From Desulfovibrionaceae bacterium (GTDB lineage: Bacteria; Bacteroidota; Bacteroidia; Bacteroidales; Tannerellaceae): 41,394 nt of DNA. This document shows, one piece after another, positions 17,478-26,558 of this stretch (within the stretch, counting starts at the first letter, position 1; the number at the start of each line of letters is the position of its first letter). The notes under the pieces are model-generated. The model ran no database searches and had not been told where the DNA came from. It was given only the letters and a program-made list of their open reading frames with translations. The stretch covers positions 1-41,394 of the forward strand of contig CAVJTV010000002.1 in the NCBI GenBank assembly GCA_963652435.1, given 5' to 3'. The position numbers were made by a program, and so were the translations under genes.

Positions 17478-18176
17478 ATGAAGACAATAGATGACAATGA
17501 ACTGGCGAAGCTGACGGCAGACGATCCGGAGAAAGGTTTCCGCCTACTGATGGCAAAATACCGCGAGCCCATATACCGTCACATCCGGAGAATGGACCTC
17601 TGCCACGAAGATGCGGAAGACGCCGTGCAGGAAACGTTCGTGAGGGTGTTCCGTTCGTTGGCAAGTTTCAAGGGGGAATGTTCCCTGCGCTCGTGGGTCT
17701 ATCGGATTGCCACCAACGAAGCCCTGCGCCTTATCAAGCGGCAAGGCGACGAGCGCACCGCGTCTATCGACGCCACCGAGGGCATGACGCAGATTATGGC
17801 AGACGCATACGTGGACTATAGCGACCTCGAGACGGTGAAGCTGCAAAAAGCCATCTCGGCTCTGCCCGAGAAACAACAGCAGGCTTTCAACCTGCGCTAC
17901 TACGATGAGTTGGACTACGACGAGATTGCCCGCATCACCGGCTCGACAGCCGGCAGCGCGAAAGCAAACTATCACGTCGCCAAAGAGAAAATCATAAAGA
18001 TTATCGGCGGACTTGTGGCAGCAAGCATTGCCCTGCTGATAATGCTCAACCTCCCCTCGCTGCTCCACGCAGGCGACGGGTTCGAAGAGGTGGAAGAGGC
18101 TTTTGCCAACCTGGATCTCAGCGACAGGGAATACCTGATGGCGACATACGAAGAAGATTTATTTATTAACGAATAA
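17478..18176 (+). CDS. ECF sigma-70 factor with C-terminal TM helix and acidic tail (sigma/anti-sigma-like fusion)
   Basis: Sigma2 DAEDAVQETFVRV...SWVYRIATN; sigma4 LPEKQQQAFNLRYYDELDYDEIA...AKEKI; then IIGGLVAASIALLIMLNL and GDGFEEVEEAFANLDLSDREYL. Confidence 0.88.
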   Translation: MKTIDDNELAKLTADDPEKGFRLLMAKYREPIYRHIRRMDLCHEDAEDAVQETFVRVFRSLASFKGECSLRSWVYRIATNEALRLIKRQGDERTASIDATEGMTQIMADAYVDYSDLETVKLQKAISALPEKQQQAFNLRYYDELDYDEIARITGSTAGSAKANYHVAKEKIIKIIGGLVAASIALLIMLNLPSLLHAGDGFEEVEEAFANLDLSDREYLMATYEEDLFINE

Positions 18177-18189
18177 AAGACAATGAGAC

Positions 18190-18633
18190 ATGAAGACAAT
18201 GATTAAGTTTTTTGTACTTGCAGCCATTATGATTGCTTTCAGCGCGAGTACATACGCTCAGAGAAGCGAACGTCAACGTATCAACAGAGAACAGCTGGCA
18301 GACAAGCAGGCTCATTTCATAGCCGGCGAGCTGGCACTGGACCCTGCCTCCACCAAACGGTTCGTGGAGACTTACAAAGATTATCAGCGGGACATTTGGA
18401 AGCTCGGTCCGCGACCCGAGCGCGGCAAAGCCGCTCTCTCGGAGAAAGAAACACAGAAGCTGATGGACGAGAGGTTTGCCCGCAGCCAGAAGATTCTCGA
18501 CCTGAGGAAAAAGTATTATTCGAAGTACAATAAATTCCTTACGCCGAAACAAATCGAGAGAGTGTATGAGCTGGAGAAGGGAATGATGAACCGCCTGCAC
18601 AACCATTCCAAAAGTAAAGGCAAACGCAGATAA
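18190..18633 (+). CDS. Exported helical protein (Spy/CpxP-like)
   Basis: Signal peptide ending TYA-Q; charged helical body with FLTPKQI, resembling the LTxxQ motif. Confidence 0.65.
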   Translation: MKTMIKFFVLAAIMIAFSASTYAQRSERQRINREQLADKQAHFIAGELALDPASTKRFVETYKDYQRDIWKLGPRPERGKAALSEKETQKLMDERFARSQKILDLRKKYYSKYNKFLTPKQIERVYELEKGMMNRLHNHSKSKGKRR

Positions 18634-18643
18634 CGATAAGAAG

Positions 18644-20059
18644 ATGATGATGAAACGTATGAAAATGTTCAGTCTGCTATGCACGTCGCTCCTTACCCTC
18701 GCGGCGTGCAGCAACAAAGCAGAGCGCGAAGAGGAGCCGGAAATCATCGGCGGCACTCCAATCATGAGCGTCCTTGCCAACCAGACGGCAGGAAGCGAAG
18801 GGTACGACACGGATGGCATCGTGGTGGAGAACTGCCCCGAGACGACAGACATCAACAGTCTTCGCAGCGGCATCAAACTAAACTTCCGGCTATCGGGGAT
18901 AACCATGATTGAGCTGGAAAGCGTCGACGGCTACGTCTTATCGGGCACGGTGGAGTTCCTTAGCGATGCGTCGGGCACGGTATCTTTCGGCGAAGCGAAG
19001 GACACTGCATACATCTCGCAGCTCAATGCCCCCGACGGCGGGTTCGTCACAGGGAAAGACTACTACATCTTTACCCTGCCGTGCGACCTCTACGGAGGAT
19101 ACCGGCTGTCGATCTATCGCGACGGACTTGTGGCGCACTACTTCGGAGTGCATCAAAGGGTGACGCAGGGAGAGTTTATCAGTCCCGCCGACCTCGTTGA
19201 AAGCGAACTGGAGTTCGACGACCTCGACGCGCCTCTCGTGGAGGAAGAACGCCCCGAGCTCGACGCCACGACTTCCGCCCTCCTCAAGCAATACCGCGAG
19301 AACCCGACGGAAGAAAACAAACAGGCTCTCCTCGAGCAGATGGGTATCCGCTACGACAAGGTGGTGGCTCGCAAGAAAGCCAAGCTGCGCGAACTGGAGC
19401 GCGAGGCACTGACCTCGGACGTGGTGGAAGAGATGCAGGAGATTGTCGACGAGATGGTGGACAACCGCGACACACGTCTCGAGCAGCAGTTTCTCCGCCT
19501 TATCGACCCGCGAACGGACGACGACCCCGACGACGCATGGATGGTGCTCCGCGGAGCTTCCGCACCCAATGCCTACATAGGCTATACACCCGTCACCAAT
19601 GCGGAATACACAGCCTTCAAGGATGGGTTCTCCTATAATGCGGGACAAGGAAACTATCCGGTGGTGAATATCTCCGCCATGGAAGCCACGGCCTACTGCG
19701 ACTGGCTTACCGAGAAAGACCCTAAGCACGTCTATCGCCTCCCGACCGACGAAGAATGGATTCTCGGAGCAGGACACATGCCGAAAGATGTCACGATGAA
19801 TGCCGGACATGTGGAGAAAGGTCTGACGGCAGTGGATGCCTACAGCAAGACAACGGGAGCCTGCGGCGGCATCGACTTCTGGGGCAACTGTTGGGAATGG
19901 ACTTCGTCGACCGATGCCGACGGACAATACATCATCAAAGGCGGCAGCTGGGACTCCGACCGCGACGATTGCCGAAGCGAAAAATCGGACGTTGTAAGAG
20001 ACGGATCTGAGGGATATGCCAACGTCGGCTTCAGGGTCGTAAGAACCGACCCCTCCTAA
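18644..20059 (+). CDS. Lipoprotein with C-terminal formylglycine-generating-enzyme (SUMF1/FGE-sulfatase) fold
   Basis: Lipobox LAAC; TPVTNAEY, YPVVNIS, YRLPTDEEW, GNCWEW, KGGSW, GFRVV. Start may be one of several Met codons. Confidence 0.8.
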   Translation: MMMKRMKMFSLLCTSLLTLAACSNKAEREEEPEIIGGTPIMSVLANQTAGSEGYDTDGIVVENCPETTDINSLRSGIKLNFRLSGITMIELESVDGYVLSGTVEFLSDASGTVSFGEAKDTAYISQLNAPDGGFVTGKDYYIFTLPCDLYGGYRLSIYRDGLVAHYFGVHQRVTQGEFISPADLVESELEFDDLDAPLVEEERPELDATTSALLKQYRENPTEENKQALLEQMGIRYDKVVARKKAKLRELEREALTSDVVEEMQEIVDEMVDNRDTRLEQQFLRLIDPRTDDDPDDAWMVLRGASAPNAYIGYTPVTNAEYTAFKDGFSYNAGQGNYPVVNISAMEATAYCDWLTEKDPKHVYRLPTDEEWILGAGHMPKDVTMNAGHVEKGLTAVDAYSKTTGACGGIDFWGNCWEWTSSTDADGQYIIKGGSWDSDRDDCRSEKSDVVRDGSEGYANVGFRVVRTDPS

Positions 20060-20068
20060 TCCCCTTCA

Positions 20069-20944
20069 CTATCTCATGCGGGCATCCGCACCCCACATCA
20101 GTTTCTCTCGGAGAGTCTGGTAGAAGGTGTGGGTGTGCCGCTTGATTACTTTTGTGGTAAAGTTTGCTTTCCCTATCGTCAGCTCTATGTCGGAGGGGAA
20201 TATCTCCGAACGTCCGTCAAGGGAGATAAGGAAACACTGGCTACGGCTTTCAACCTGAAGAGTGATGTCGTATGTATCCGGAATAACCAAAGGACGCACA
20301 TTCAACGAATGGGGCGCAACGGGACTGAGCACTATGTTGCCGCTCTGCGGAAGGATGATAGGTCCGTTCACGCTCATGGAATAAGCCGTCGAGCCTGTCG
20401 GCGTTGCTATCACAAGTCCGTCTGCCTGATAAGACGTAAGGTATTCGTCGTTGAGGAACGTATGAATGGTAATCATCGACGAAGTGTCGCGCTTCAGGAT
20501 GGCAATCTCGTTCAGCGCATAGTTGTAACCTTTGTAGATAAGGTCTTCCGTATAAAAGCTCAGCAGGGTGCGCTCTTCTACCCTATAATTGTCGTCAAAC
20601 AACTCGTCGAGCGTCGCCTCAATGTCGTCGCCCCCCACATCGGCAAGAAACCCGAGCCGTCCGGTGTTGATGCCAAGGATAGGGATAGCCTGCCTACCCA
20701 CTCGGGCAGCGGTGCGAAGAAACGTGCCGTCGCCTCCCACGCTAAGCGCGACATCAAGGTCGAATGCATCGTTGGTCAGCAGCCCCACCGCCGAGGGGTC
20801 GATCTTCAAAGTCCTGGTAAGGAAACTGTAGAAATGGATATCCACATACACTTCTGCCTTCAGCAGACGTAGCTTGTCGAACAATCTCTCTATCTGATTT
20901 TTCTTCTCAGCCTGACATTCACTGCCAAATACACCAACCTTCAT
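20069..20944 (-). CDS. nadK: NAD kinase
   Basis: GGDGTFL, GINTGRLGFL, ALNE, DGLVIATPTGSTAYSMS. Confidence 0.96.
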   Translation of the reverse strand: MKVGVFGSECQAEKKNQIERLFDKLRLLKAEVYVDIHFYSFLTRTLKIDPSAVGLLTNDAFDLDVALSVGGDGTFLRTAARVGRQAIPILGINTGRLGFLADVGGDDIEATLDELFDDNYRVEERTLLSFYTEDLIYKGYNYALNEIAILKRDTSSMITIHTFLNDEYLTSYQADGLVIATPTGSTAYSMSVNGPIILPQSGNIVLSPVAPHSLNVRPLVIPDTYDITLQVESRSQCFLISLDGRSEIFPSDIELTIGKANFTTKVIKRHTHTFYQTLREKLMWGADARMR

Positions 20945-21049
20945 AAGCCTTTCTTTTTATTTTTCTCGTAGTCAATACTGTTTAGTGCCGCGCCTCCTAC
21001 GTTATGAAATCTTTCACTAACATTTTTCTGCCAATTCTCCCAATTCCGT

Positions 21050-21081
21050 TACTTTTGCGCCTGTACTTTCGTGCAAAAGTA
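21050..21081. promoter_or_regulatory. Face-to-face -7 elements for pdxJ (+) and nadK (-)
   Basis: TACTTTTG on + strand at 21050-21057 and TACTTTTG on - strand at 21074-21081. Confidence 0.6.
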
Positions 21082-21110
21082 ATTAAAGGAATACGATATA
21101 ACGACATACG

Positions 21111-21827
21111 ATGACAAATTTAAGTGTAAACATCAACAAGGTTGCAACCCTCCGCAACGCACGCGGGGGCAATATGCCGGACGTGGTAAAGGTGGCTTTG
21201 GATTGCGAGGCTTTCGGCGCACAGGGCATCACCGTTCATCCCCGACCCGACGAGCGACACATCAGATACAACGATGTGTATAAGCTGAAGCCCGTTATCA
21301 AGACAGAGTTGAACATAGAAGGGTATCCAAGCGACAAGTTCGTGGATCTCGTGCTGAAGGTTAAGCCGACGCAGGTGACGCTCGTTCCTGATGCTCCCGA
21401 TGCCATAACGTCGTGTGCCGGCTGGGATGTGAAAGGACACTTCAATATGTTGAGCGAGCTAGTCGACATCTTCACGGCAAAAGGCATACGTACTTCCCTA
21501 TTCGTTGGGACAGAGCTTGAAAACATCGAGCTGGCAGCAAAGACAGGAACGGACCGCATTGAGCTGTACACCGAGCCATACGCTTCCCACTACGCAAAAG
21601 ACAAGGAAGAGGCAGTAGCTCCTTTCGTTGCCGCCGCGTCGTTGGCAAAGAGCCTCGGGATTGGGGTAAACGCCGGTCACGACCTTAACCTTGAAAACCT
21701 TGCTTGGCTGAGCGAGAATATCCCATGGATAGAAGAAGTGTCGATAGGGCACGCCCTTATCTGCGATGCCCTATATCACGGACTGCAAGAGACTATCGCG
21801 CTCTACAAAGCATGCCTACAACACTAA
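21111..21827 (+). CDS. pdxJ: Pyridoxine 5'-phosphate synthase
   Basis: [44 protein letters not shown]. Confidence 0.96.
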   Translation: MTNLSVNINKVATLRNARGGNMPDVVKVALDCEAFGAQGITVHPRPDERHIRYNDVYKLKPVIKTELNIEGYPSDKFVDLVLKVKPTQVTLVPDAPDAITSCAGWDVKGHFNMLSELVDIFTAKGIRTSLFVGTELENIELAAKTGTDRIELYTEPYASHYAKDKEEAVAPFVAAASLAKSLGIGVNAGHDLNLENLAWLSENIPWIEEVSIGHALICDALYHGLQETIALYKACLQH

Positions 21828-21875
21828 AGACGAAGACAAAAGATAGTATTAACGAATAAGCATACACACACTACA

Positions 21876-22586
21876 ATGAGTATTTTACTTTCCCTACAGG
21901 CTGTAGGGGCACAGACAGCAGAAGAGATGCCGAACCTGACGGCAGTGGCAGTCCCTACCGAAGCAGAAATCAATGTGATAGACCTTGCATTCAAAGGCGG
22001 ATGGATTATGGTTGTGCTTCTGCTGCTGTCTTTGATGGCAGGCTATATCTTTATTCAGCGTCTATTGGTAATACGCCGCGCAGGTAAAGAGGACCAGAAT
22101 TTCATGAACAGGATAAAAGATTATATCCACGACGGGAAGGTGGACTCGGCTCTTAACCTATGCCGCAGCACCGACACTCCCGCAGCCCGCATGATCGAGA
22201 AAGGTATCACCCGCTTGGGTCGTCCAATGAACGATGTGCTTGTGGCTATCGAGAACGTGGGCAACCTGGAGATCGCGAAGCTCGAGAAAGGTTTTCCGCT
22301 GATTGCGACAACAGCTGCGGGAGCACCTATGTTGGGATTCCTCGGGACGGTGACGGGTATGGTACGCGCCTTCTTCGATATGGCCAACGCAGGAACCAAC
22401 GTTGATGTTTCTTTGTTGTCGGGAGGTATATACGAAGCACTTGTCACCACTGTCGGGGGGTTGGTTGTAGGCATCATAACGTTGTTTGCCTACAATTATC
22501 TCGTTTCGCAGGTCGACAATGTAGTAAACAAGATGGAAGCACGTACCATGGAATTTATGGACTTGTTAAATGAACCGGCAAACTGA
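21876..22586 (+). CDS. exbB: MotA/TolQ/ExbB proton channel protein
   Basis: APMLGFLGTVTGM and GIYEALVTTVGGLVVGI. Confidence 0.88.
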   Translation: MSILLSLQAVGAQTAEEMPNLTAVAVPTEAEINVIDLAFKGGWIMVVLLLLSLMAGYIFIQRLLVIRRAGKEDQNFMNRIKDYIHDGKVDSALNLCRSTDTPAARMIEKGITRLGRPMNDVLVAIENVGNLEIAKLEKGFPLIATTAAGAPMLGFLGTVTGMVRAFFDMANAGTNVDVSLLSGGIYEALVTTVGGLVVGIITLFAYNYLVSQVDNVVNKMEARTMEFMDLLNEPAN

Positions 22587-22996
22587 TGGCACTGAAACGA
22601 AGAACAAAGGTCAACGAATCGTTCAGCATGGCATCTATGACAGACGTCATATTCCTGCTGCTTATCTTCTTTATGGTCACCTCGACGGTAGTCATACCGA
22701 ATGCTATCAAAGTAACGCTGCCACAGGCTAAGAAGCAGACGGCAGCCAAGCCCCTAACACGAGTAACCATCGATGCCAATCTGAACTACTACGTTGCCTT
22801 TGGTAACCAGCGTGAGAAGCAGGTATCGTTTGATGATATTACTCCCTTTCTGCAAGAGAGCTATGCTAAGGAGCCGGAGATGTTCGTTGCCCTATATGCA
22901 GACGAGACTGTCCCCTACAAGGAGGTGGTTAAGATTCTTAACATAGCAAACGAGAACAAATTCAAGATGGTGCTTGCCACCAGAGCACAAAAGTGA
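22586..22996 (+). CDS. exbD: Biopolymer transporter ExbD/TolR
   Basis: SMTDVIFLLLIFFMVTS TM helix with the conserved Asp; coupled to exbB (TGATG). Confidence 0.88.
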   Translation: MALKRRTKVNESFSMASMTDVIFLLLIFFMVTSTVVIPNAIKVTLPQAKKQTAAKPLTRVTIDANLNYYVAFGNQREKQVSFDDITPFLQESYAKEPEMFVALYADETVPYKEVVKILNIANENKFKMVLATRAQK

Positions 22997-23844
22997 TGAA
23001 CTTCAACAGGAGAGATGACATATATAGTTTGGTAGGAACGGTCGCGTTCCACCTGGTGATCTTCGTGTTGTTGTGGTTCACAGTGTTGCGCACGGAAATA
23101 CCAGAAGAAGACGGTGGTGTGCTCGTCAACTTCGGCAACGTGAACTCGGCAGCAGGTACGTTTGAACCGAGATACACGGGAAACGAGTTGCCCGAAAAGA
23201 CAACCACTCCGCCCCCGACACCTACTCCACCGGTAGAGGCTCCGAAAGAGGAAGTGATCACGCAAGACATTGAAGAGAGCGTAGTTATTACGGAAGCAAA
23301 GAGGAAAAAGAAGGAAGAGCAGCGCAAAAAGGAAGCTGAAGAGAAAAGACGGAAAGAAGAAGAGGACCGTCGCCGGCGTGAAGAGGCAGAGAAGAAACGT
23401 CTGGCAGAAGAACGTCGTAAGAAAGAACAAGCCATCAGCAACCGCGTTGCGGGGGCATTCGGCATAGGGACAGCAGAAGGCAGTAGTCAGGGAAATGCAG
23501 AGAGCGGCACGGGTAATCAGGGAAGTCCGTTCGGCAACTCAGACCACGGAGCGAATGAAGGGGTAGGTGGATATGGTTCGTTCAACCTCAACGGTCGCTC
23601 TATAGGCGCAGGAGGTCTGCCCCGTCCCGCGTATACGATACAGGATGAAGGCAGGATAGTGATCAATATCACCGTAGACCCTAAGGGGAACGTTATATTT
23701 GCAGAGATAGGACGTGGTACCAACATCGACAATGCCTCCATGCGCAAAAGTGCGCTCGAAGCTGCCAAACGTGCGAAGTTCAACAGTATTAACGAGGCAA
23801 ACAACCAGAGCGGCACAATAACCTACGTTTATAAACTAAGATAA
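22993..23844 (+). CDS. TonB/TolA-family energy transducer
   Basis: N-terminal TM helix with His, Pro-rich and K/E/R-rich spacer, TonB-C-like end (EGRIVINITVDPKGNV...GTITYVY). Confidence 0.82.
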   Translation: MMNFNRRDDIYSLVGTVAFHLVIFVLLWFTVLRTEIPEEDGGVLVNFGNVNSAAGTFEPRYTGNELPEKTTTPPPTPTPPVEAPKEEVITQDIEESVVITEAKRKKKEEQRKKEAEEKRRKEEEDRRRREEAEKKRLAEERRKKEQAISNRVAGAFGIGTAEGSSQGNAESGTGNQGSPFGNSDHGANEGVGGYGSFNLNGRSIGAGGLPRPAYTIQDEGRIVINITVDPKGNVIFAEIGRGTNIDNASMRKSALEAAKRAKFNSINEANNQSGTITYVYKLR

Positions 23845-23856
23845 GAAGGAGACGAT

Positions 23857-24402
23857 ATGAAGAAAGCAATTGTGTTTTTAGCTGACGGTTTCGAAGAAAT
23901 TGAGGCATTAGGAACGGTAGACATCCTGCGTCGCGGGGGTATTGATGTAACGACTGTATCCATAACGGATACCCCAGTAGTGACGGGTGCGCATAAGGTG
24001 CAGGTTGCCGCCGACGCTATGATAGACGAAATATCTCTTGCGGGAGCTGATGCGCTTGTACTCCCAGGAGGAATGCCCGGTGCCGCTAACCTGAACAGCT
24101 CGGAGAAGGTAAAAGAAGCCCTGTTGGAACAGTATCGAGAAGGGAAGATCGTTGCCGCAATATGCGCAGCACCGATGGTGCTCGGCGGATTGGGACTATT
24201 GAAGGGACGCAGTGCCACTTGTTACCCCGGGTTCGAGCCTAAGCTGATAGGCGCGAATGTGACGGGCACTGCCGTTGAAGTATCCGACAACGTTATTACC
24301 GGCAAAGGTCCCGGCTTGGTATACGACTTCGCACTTGCTCTCGTAGCAGCCCTCCGTGGCGAAGCGGTGAGTGAAGAAGTTGCTGCGGGACTGCTGGTTT
24401 AG
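23857..24402 (+). CDS. DJ-1/PfpI (ThiJ/YajL) family protein
   Basis: FLADGFEEIEA, LPGGMPGA, AAICAAP, ATCYPG. Confidence 0.92.
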   Translation: MKKAIVFLADGFEEIEALGTVDILRRGGIDVTTVSITDTPVVTGAHKVQVAADAMIDEISLAGADALVLPGGMPGAANLNSSEKVKEALLEQYREGKIVAAICAAPMVLGGLGLLKGRSATCYPGFEPKLIGANVTGTAVEVSDNVITGKGPGLVYDFALALVAALRGEAVSEEVAAGLLV

Positions 24403-25307
24403 TCCGTAGGGGACACACTCATCGTCGTCAGGAGCAGTAGCACCGACGTCAAGACGGCAAACAGAAACACGTTACGTGCCGTGTGCGCCAACGTATCGTT
24501 AAGAGCCTTGCCCTCACGTGTGCAGAGTTTTCTCCATGTCTTCATACATAACGCGAAGAACGCCGCAAAGACGAACAGCACCCATCGCGGTGCGTCAAGC
24601 AGCAGTGGCATCACCAGTAAGAAGGCAACCGCACAGTTCACGAAATAGAACACCACGCCAAAGGTACGACCGAAGAGGACTATCGTCGTCCGCTTGCGGA
24701 ACGCTTTATCCTGCTCGCAGTCGCGATAATTATTCACAATAAGTATGTTCGTCGACAACAACCCGAGCGATAGCGAGAGGAGAAAGGCGAGCGTTGAAAA
24801 GTGACCTGCCTGCACATAGTACGTAAAGCAGAGCGGGATGATGCCGTAGAACAAGATGACGCACACATCCCCGAGACCGTTGTATGCCAAAGGGAAAGGG
24901 CCTGCGGAATACGCCACTACGCAGATGGCAATGGCAATACCGACGGGGATAAGCTCCCATCCGGCAAAAAACAAAAGCATGCATCCGCACGCGCATGCCA
25001 GCGCGAGCGTAACAAGCGCGGCACGCAGCATCTCGGAGGGAGTGACCCACCCCTCGGCAACGGCGCGTTCAGGTCCTTGACGCTCAGCCGTATCCACCCC
25101 GCTCTTGAAGTCGAAGTAGTCGTTGGCAAAGTTGCTTGCCACTTGGGCAAGTATTGCCACCGCGAAGCATAAGACGGCGGGCACCAACTTGAAAACGCCT
25201 TCACACCAAGCAAGGGCACAAGCCAAAAGCACAGGGCTTAGCGACGCGGTCAATGTCTTAGGGCGAGCTGCCTCCACCCATTTCGACACAAAGTTCTTCT
25301 TCTCCAT
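24399..25307 (-). CDS. menA: 1,4-dihydroxy-2-naphthoate prenyltransferase
   Basis: AARPKTL, NFANDYFD, NNYRD, multi-TM; -7 element on - strand at 25335-25342. Confidence 0.92.
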   Translation of the reverse strand: MEKKNFVSKWVEAARPKTLTASLSPVLLACALAWCEGVFKLVPAVLCFAVAILAQVASNFANDYFDFKSGVDTAERQGPERAVAEGWVTPSEMLRAALVTLALACACGCMLLFFAGWELIPVGIAIAICVVAYSAGPFPLAYNGLGDVCVILFYGIIPLCFTYYVQAGHFSTLAFLLSLSLGLLSTNILIVNNYRDCEQDKAFRKRTTIVLFGRTFGVVFYFVNCAVAFLLVMPLLLDAPRWVLFVFAAFFALCMKTWRKLCTREGKALNDTLAHTARNVFLFAVLTSVLLLLTTMSVSPTD

Positions 25308-25398
25308 ATACACATGTTTTCTCAATTAGGGATGCAAAAATATAAACAATGATACAATCGTTTGCATATTCTTCGGTAATTCATGTATATTTGCCGCC

Positions 25399-25797
25399 GT
25401 GAAGAATCTGCTACTCATACTGACGCTGCTTTTAGGCTTGTTGACGTTCTCTCCCAAGGAAGAGGCAGAAGACGGCAGTGTGCTTATGCCGCAGAAGGAG
25501 GCAGTCATGAAGGAAAAAGGCGCAGCCGACACGCAGTACTACCTCGATGTCTTGCGCTCGGACTTGAAGGAGTGTAAAGGGCTAAACGCCCGACGCACGC
25601 TGCAGGTGACGGACGGCGCGTCGCACCTACGAACGCAGAAGGTTGCCGAGAAGATGCTTCAAGACCTACGCCTTAAAGAGATGAACGTGCAGCGTAAGGT
25701 GATGGAAAACGTATCGGAACATCAGACAATAAACCTTTCTACGCTCATTTGTCGCACGGCGCAACACGTGTTCGCCCTGCGCAAGCTCCTTATTTAG
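25399..25797 (+). CDS. Hypothetical exported protein, probably leaderless; candidate regulatory leader peptide
   Basis: GTG starts 6 nt after the -7 element TATATTTG (25386-25393); hydrophobic N-terminus; C-terminus QHVFALRKLLI. Confidence 0.7.
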   Translation: MKNLLLILTLLLGLLTFSPKEEAEDGSVLMPQKEAVMKEKGAADTQYYLDVLRSDLKECKGLNARRTLQVTDGASHLRTQKVAEKMLQDLRLKEMNVQRKVMENVSEHQTINLSTLICRTAQHVFALRKLLI

Positions 25798-25912
25798 TTT
25801 TGATGGATAACAAAGGGCAAGAGAGACAGGAGTGCTCGCTTGCAAGAGAATGGTGTGCAGTGCCGCGTCGGCTCTGTATGCCGCGACGTTACATATACTT
25901 ATCCATTAAAAC
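25797..25912 (+). promoter_or_regulatory. Long-range RNA stem joining the upstream stop codon to the downstream translation-initiation region
   Basis: GTTTTGATGGATAA (25797-25810) pairs with TTATCCATTAAAAC (25899-25912): 14 bp with one G-U; two internal hairpins. Confidence 0.65.
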
Positions 25913-25921
25913 ATTTAAATC

Positions 25922-26149
25922 ATGAGTAATCAGAATTCAAACAAGACACGTCTTATCATATCCATTATCGTAACGATTGCCGGCTGCGTACTGGCATGCA
26001 GTTCCATTATTCCTAACGACTACGCCAAATTGCTCGTCGTAATGATAGCATTGGGCTACGGCTTGTTCGGCATCATGAAAGGTCTAAGTCACCACAATGC
26101 CGACGAGGATAAAGACGAAGCCGCAGGCGAAGGAAAAGCGAAGAAGTAG
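25922..26149 (+). CDS. Small two-TM membrane protein
   Basis: Two hydrophobic helices and a charged tail; A-rich region before the ATG. Confidence 0.75.
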   Translation: MSNQNSNKTRLIISIIVTIAGCVLACSSIIPNDYAKLLVVMIALGYGLFGIMKGLSHHNADEDKDEAAGEGKAKK

Positions 26150-26184
26150 GCAGAAGAACATCAACCGTTAAAACATAAGAAGCG

Positions 26185-26385
26185 ATGAAGATAAATAAGG
26201 ATTTGGTAGACGCTGTCATGATGGTATCGTTTATCTCGTTGGTACTTGTAGGCACAAGCGATTTCGACAGTGAGATGTCGAAGATATGCACGATGGGTGG
26301 TTTGGCTCTTGTGACAGTTGGCATGGTCGTGCTCCGTGTGCTGCATGCAAAGCAGGCGGCGCGCGAGCCTAAGGAAGAAGAGTAA
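26185..26385 (+). CDS. Small two-TM membrane protein
   Basis: 66 aa with two hydrophobic segments; A-rich initiation region. Confidence 0.65.
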   Translation: MKINKDLVDAVMMVSFISLVLVGTSDFDSEMSKICTMGGLALVTVGMVVLRVLHAKQAAREPKEEE

Positions 26386-26558
26386 GAAGCCACGAAAGAT
26401 TATACGAATATACTTAGCAATAATGTCTTGCAGTGTTTTCTGCCGTCACCACGAAGTGATTCGAGGTTTTCCGAGATGATTTTTTCTATATGATTAAATG
26501 ACACATATACCTCGGTTACGGCAACAGAAGAAGTTGTCGGGCGGCAGAAAACCAGACA

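Noticed and set aside
19930..20059. FGE/C-type-lectin C-terminus as a diversity-generating-retroelement target
   Set aside because: The fold fits, but I saw no template repeat or reverse transcriptase in the window; a remote DGR cannot be excluded without a genome search.
23290..23430. Purine-rich quasi-repeats in the TonB/TolA gene
   Set aside because: Normal K/E/R-rich periplasmic spacer helix.
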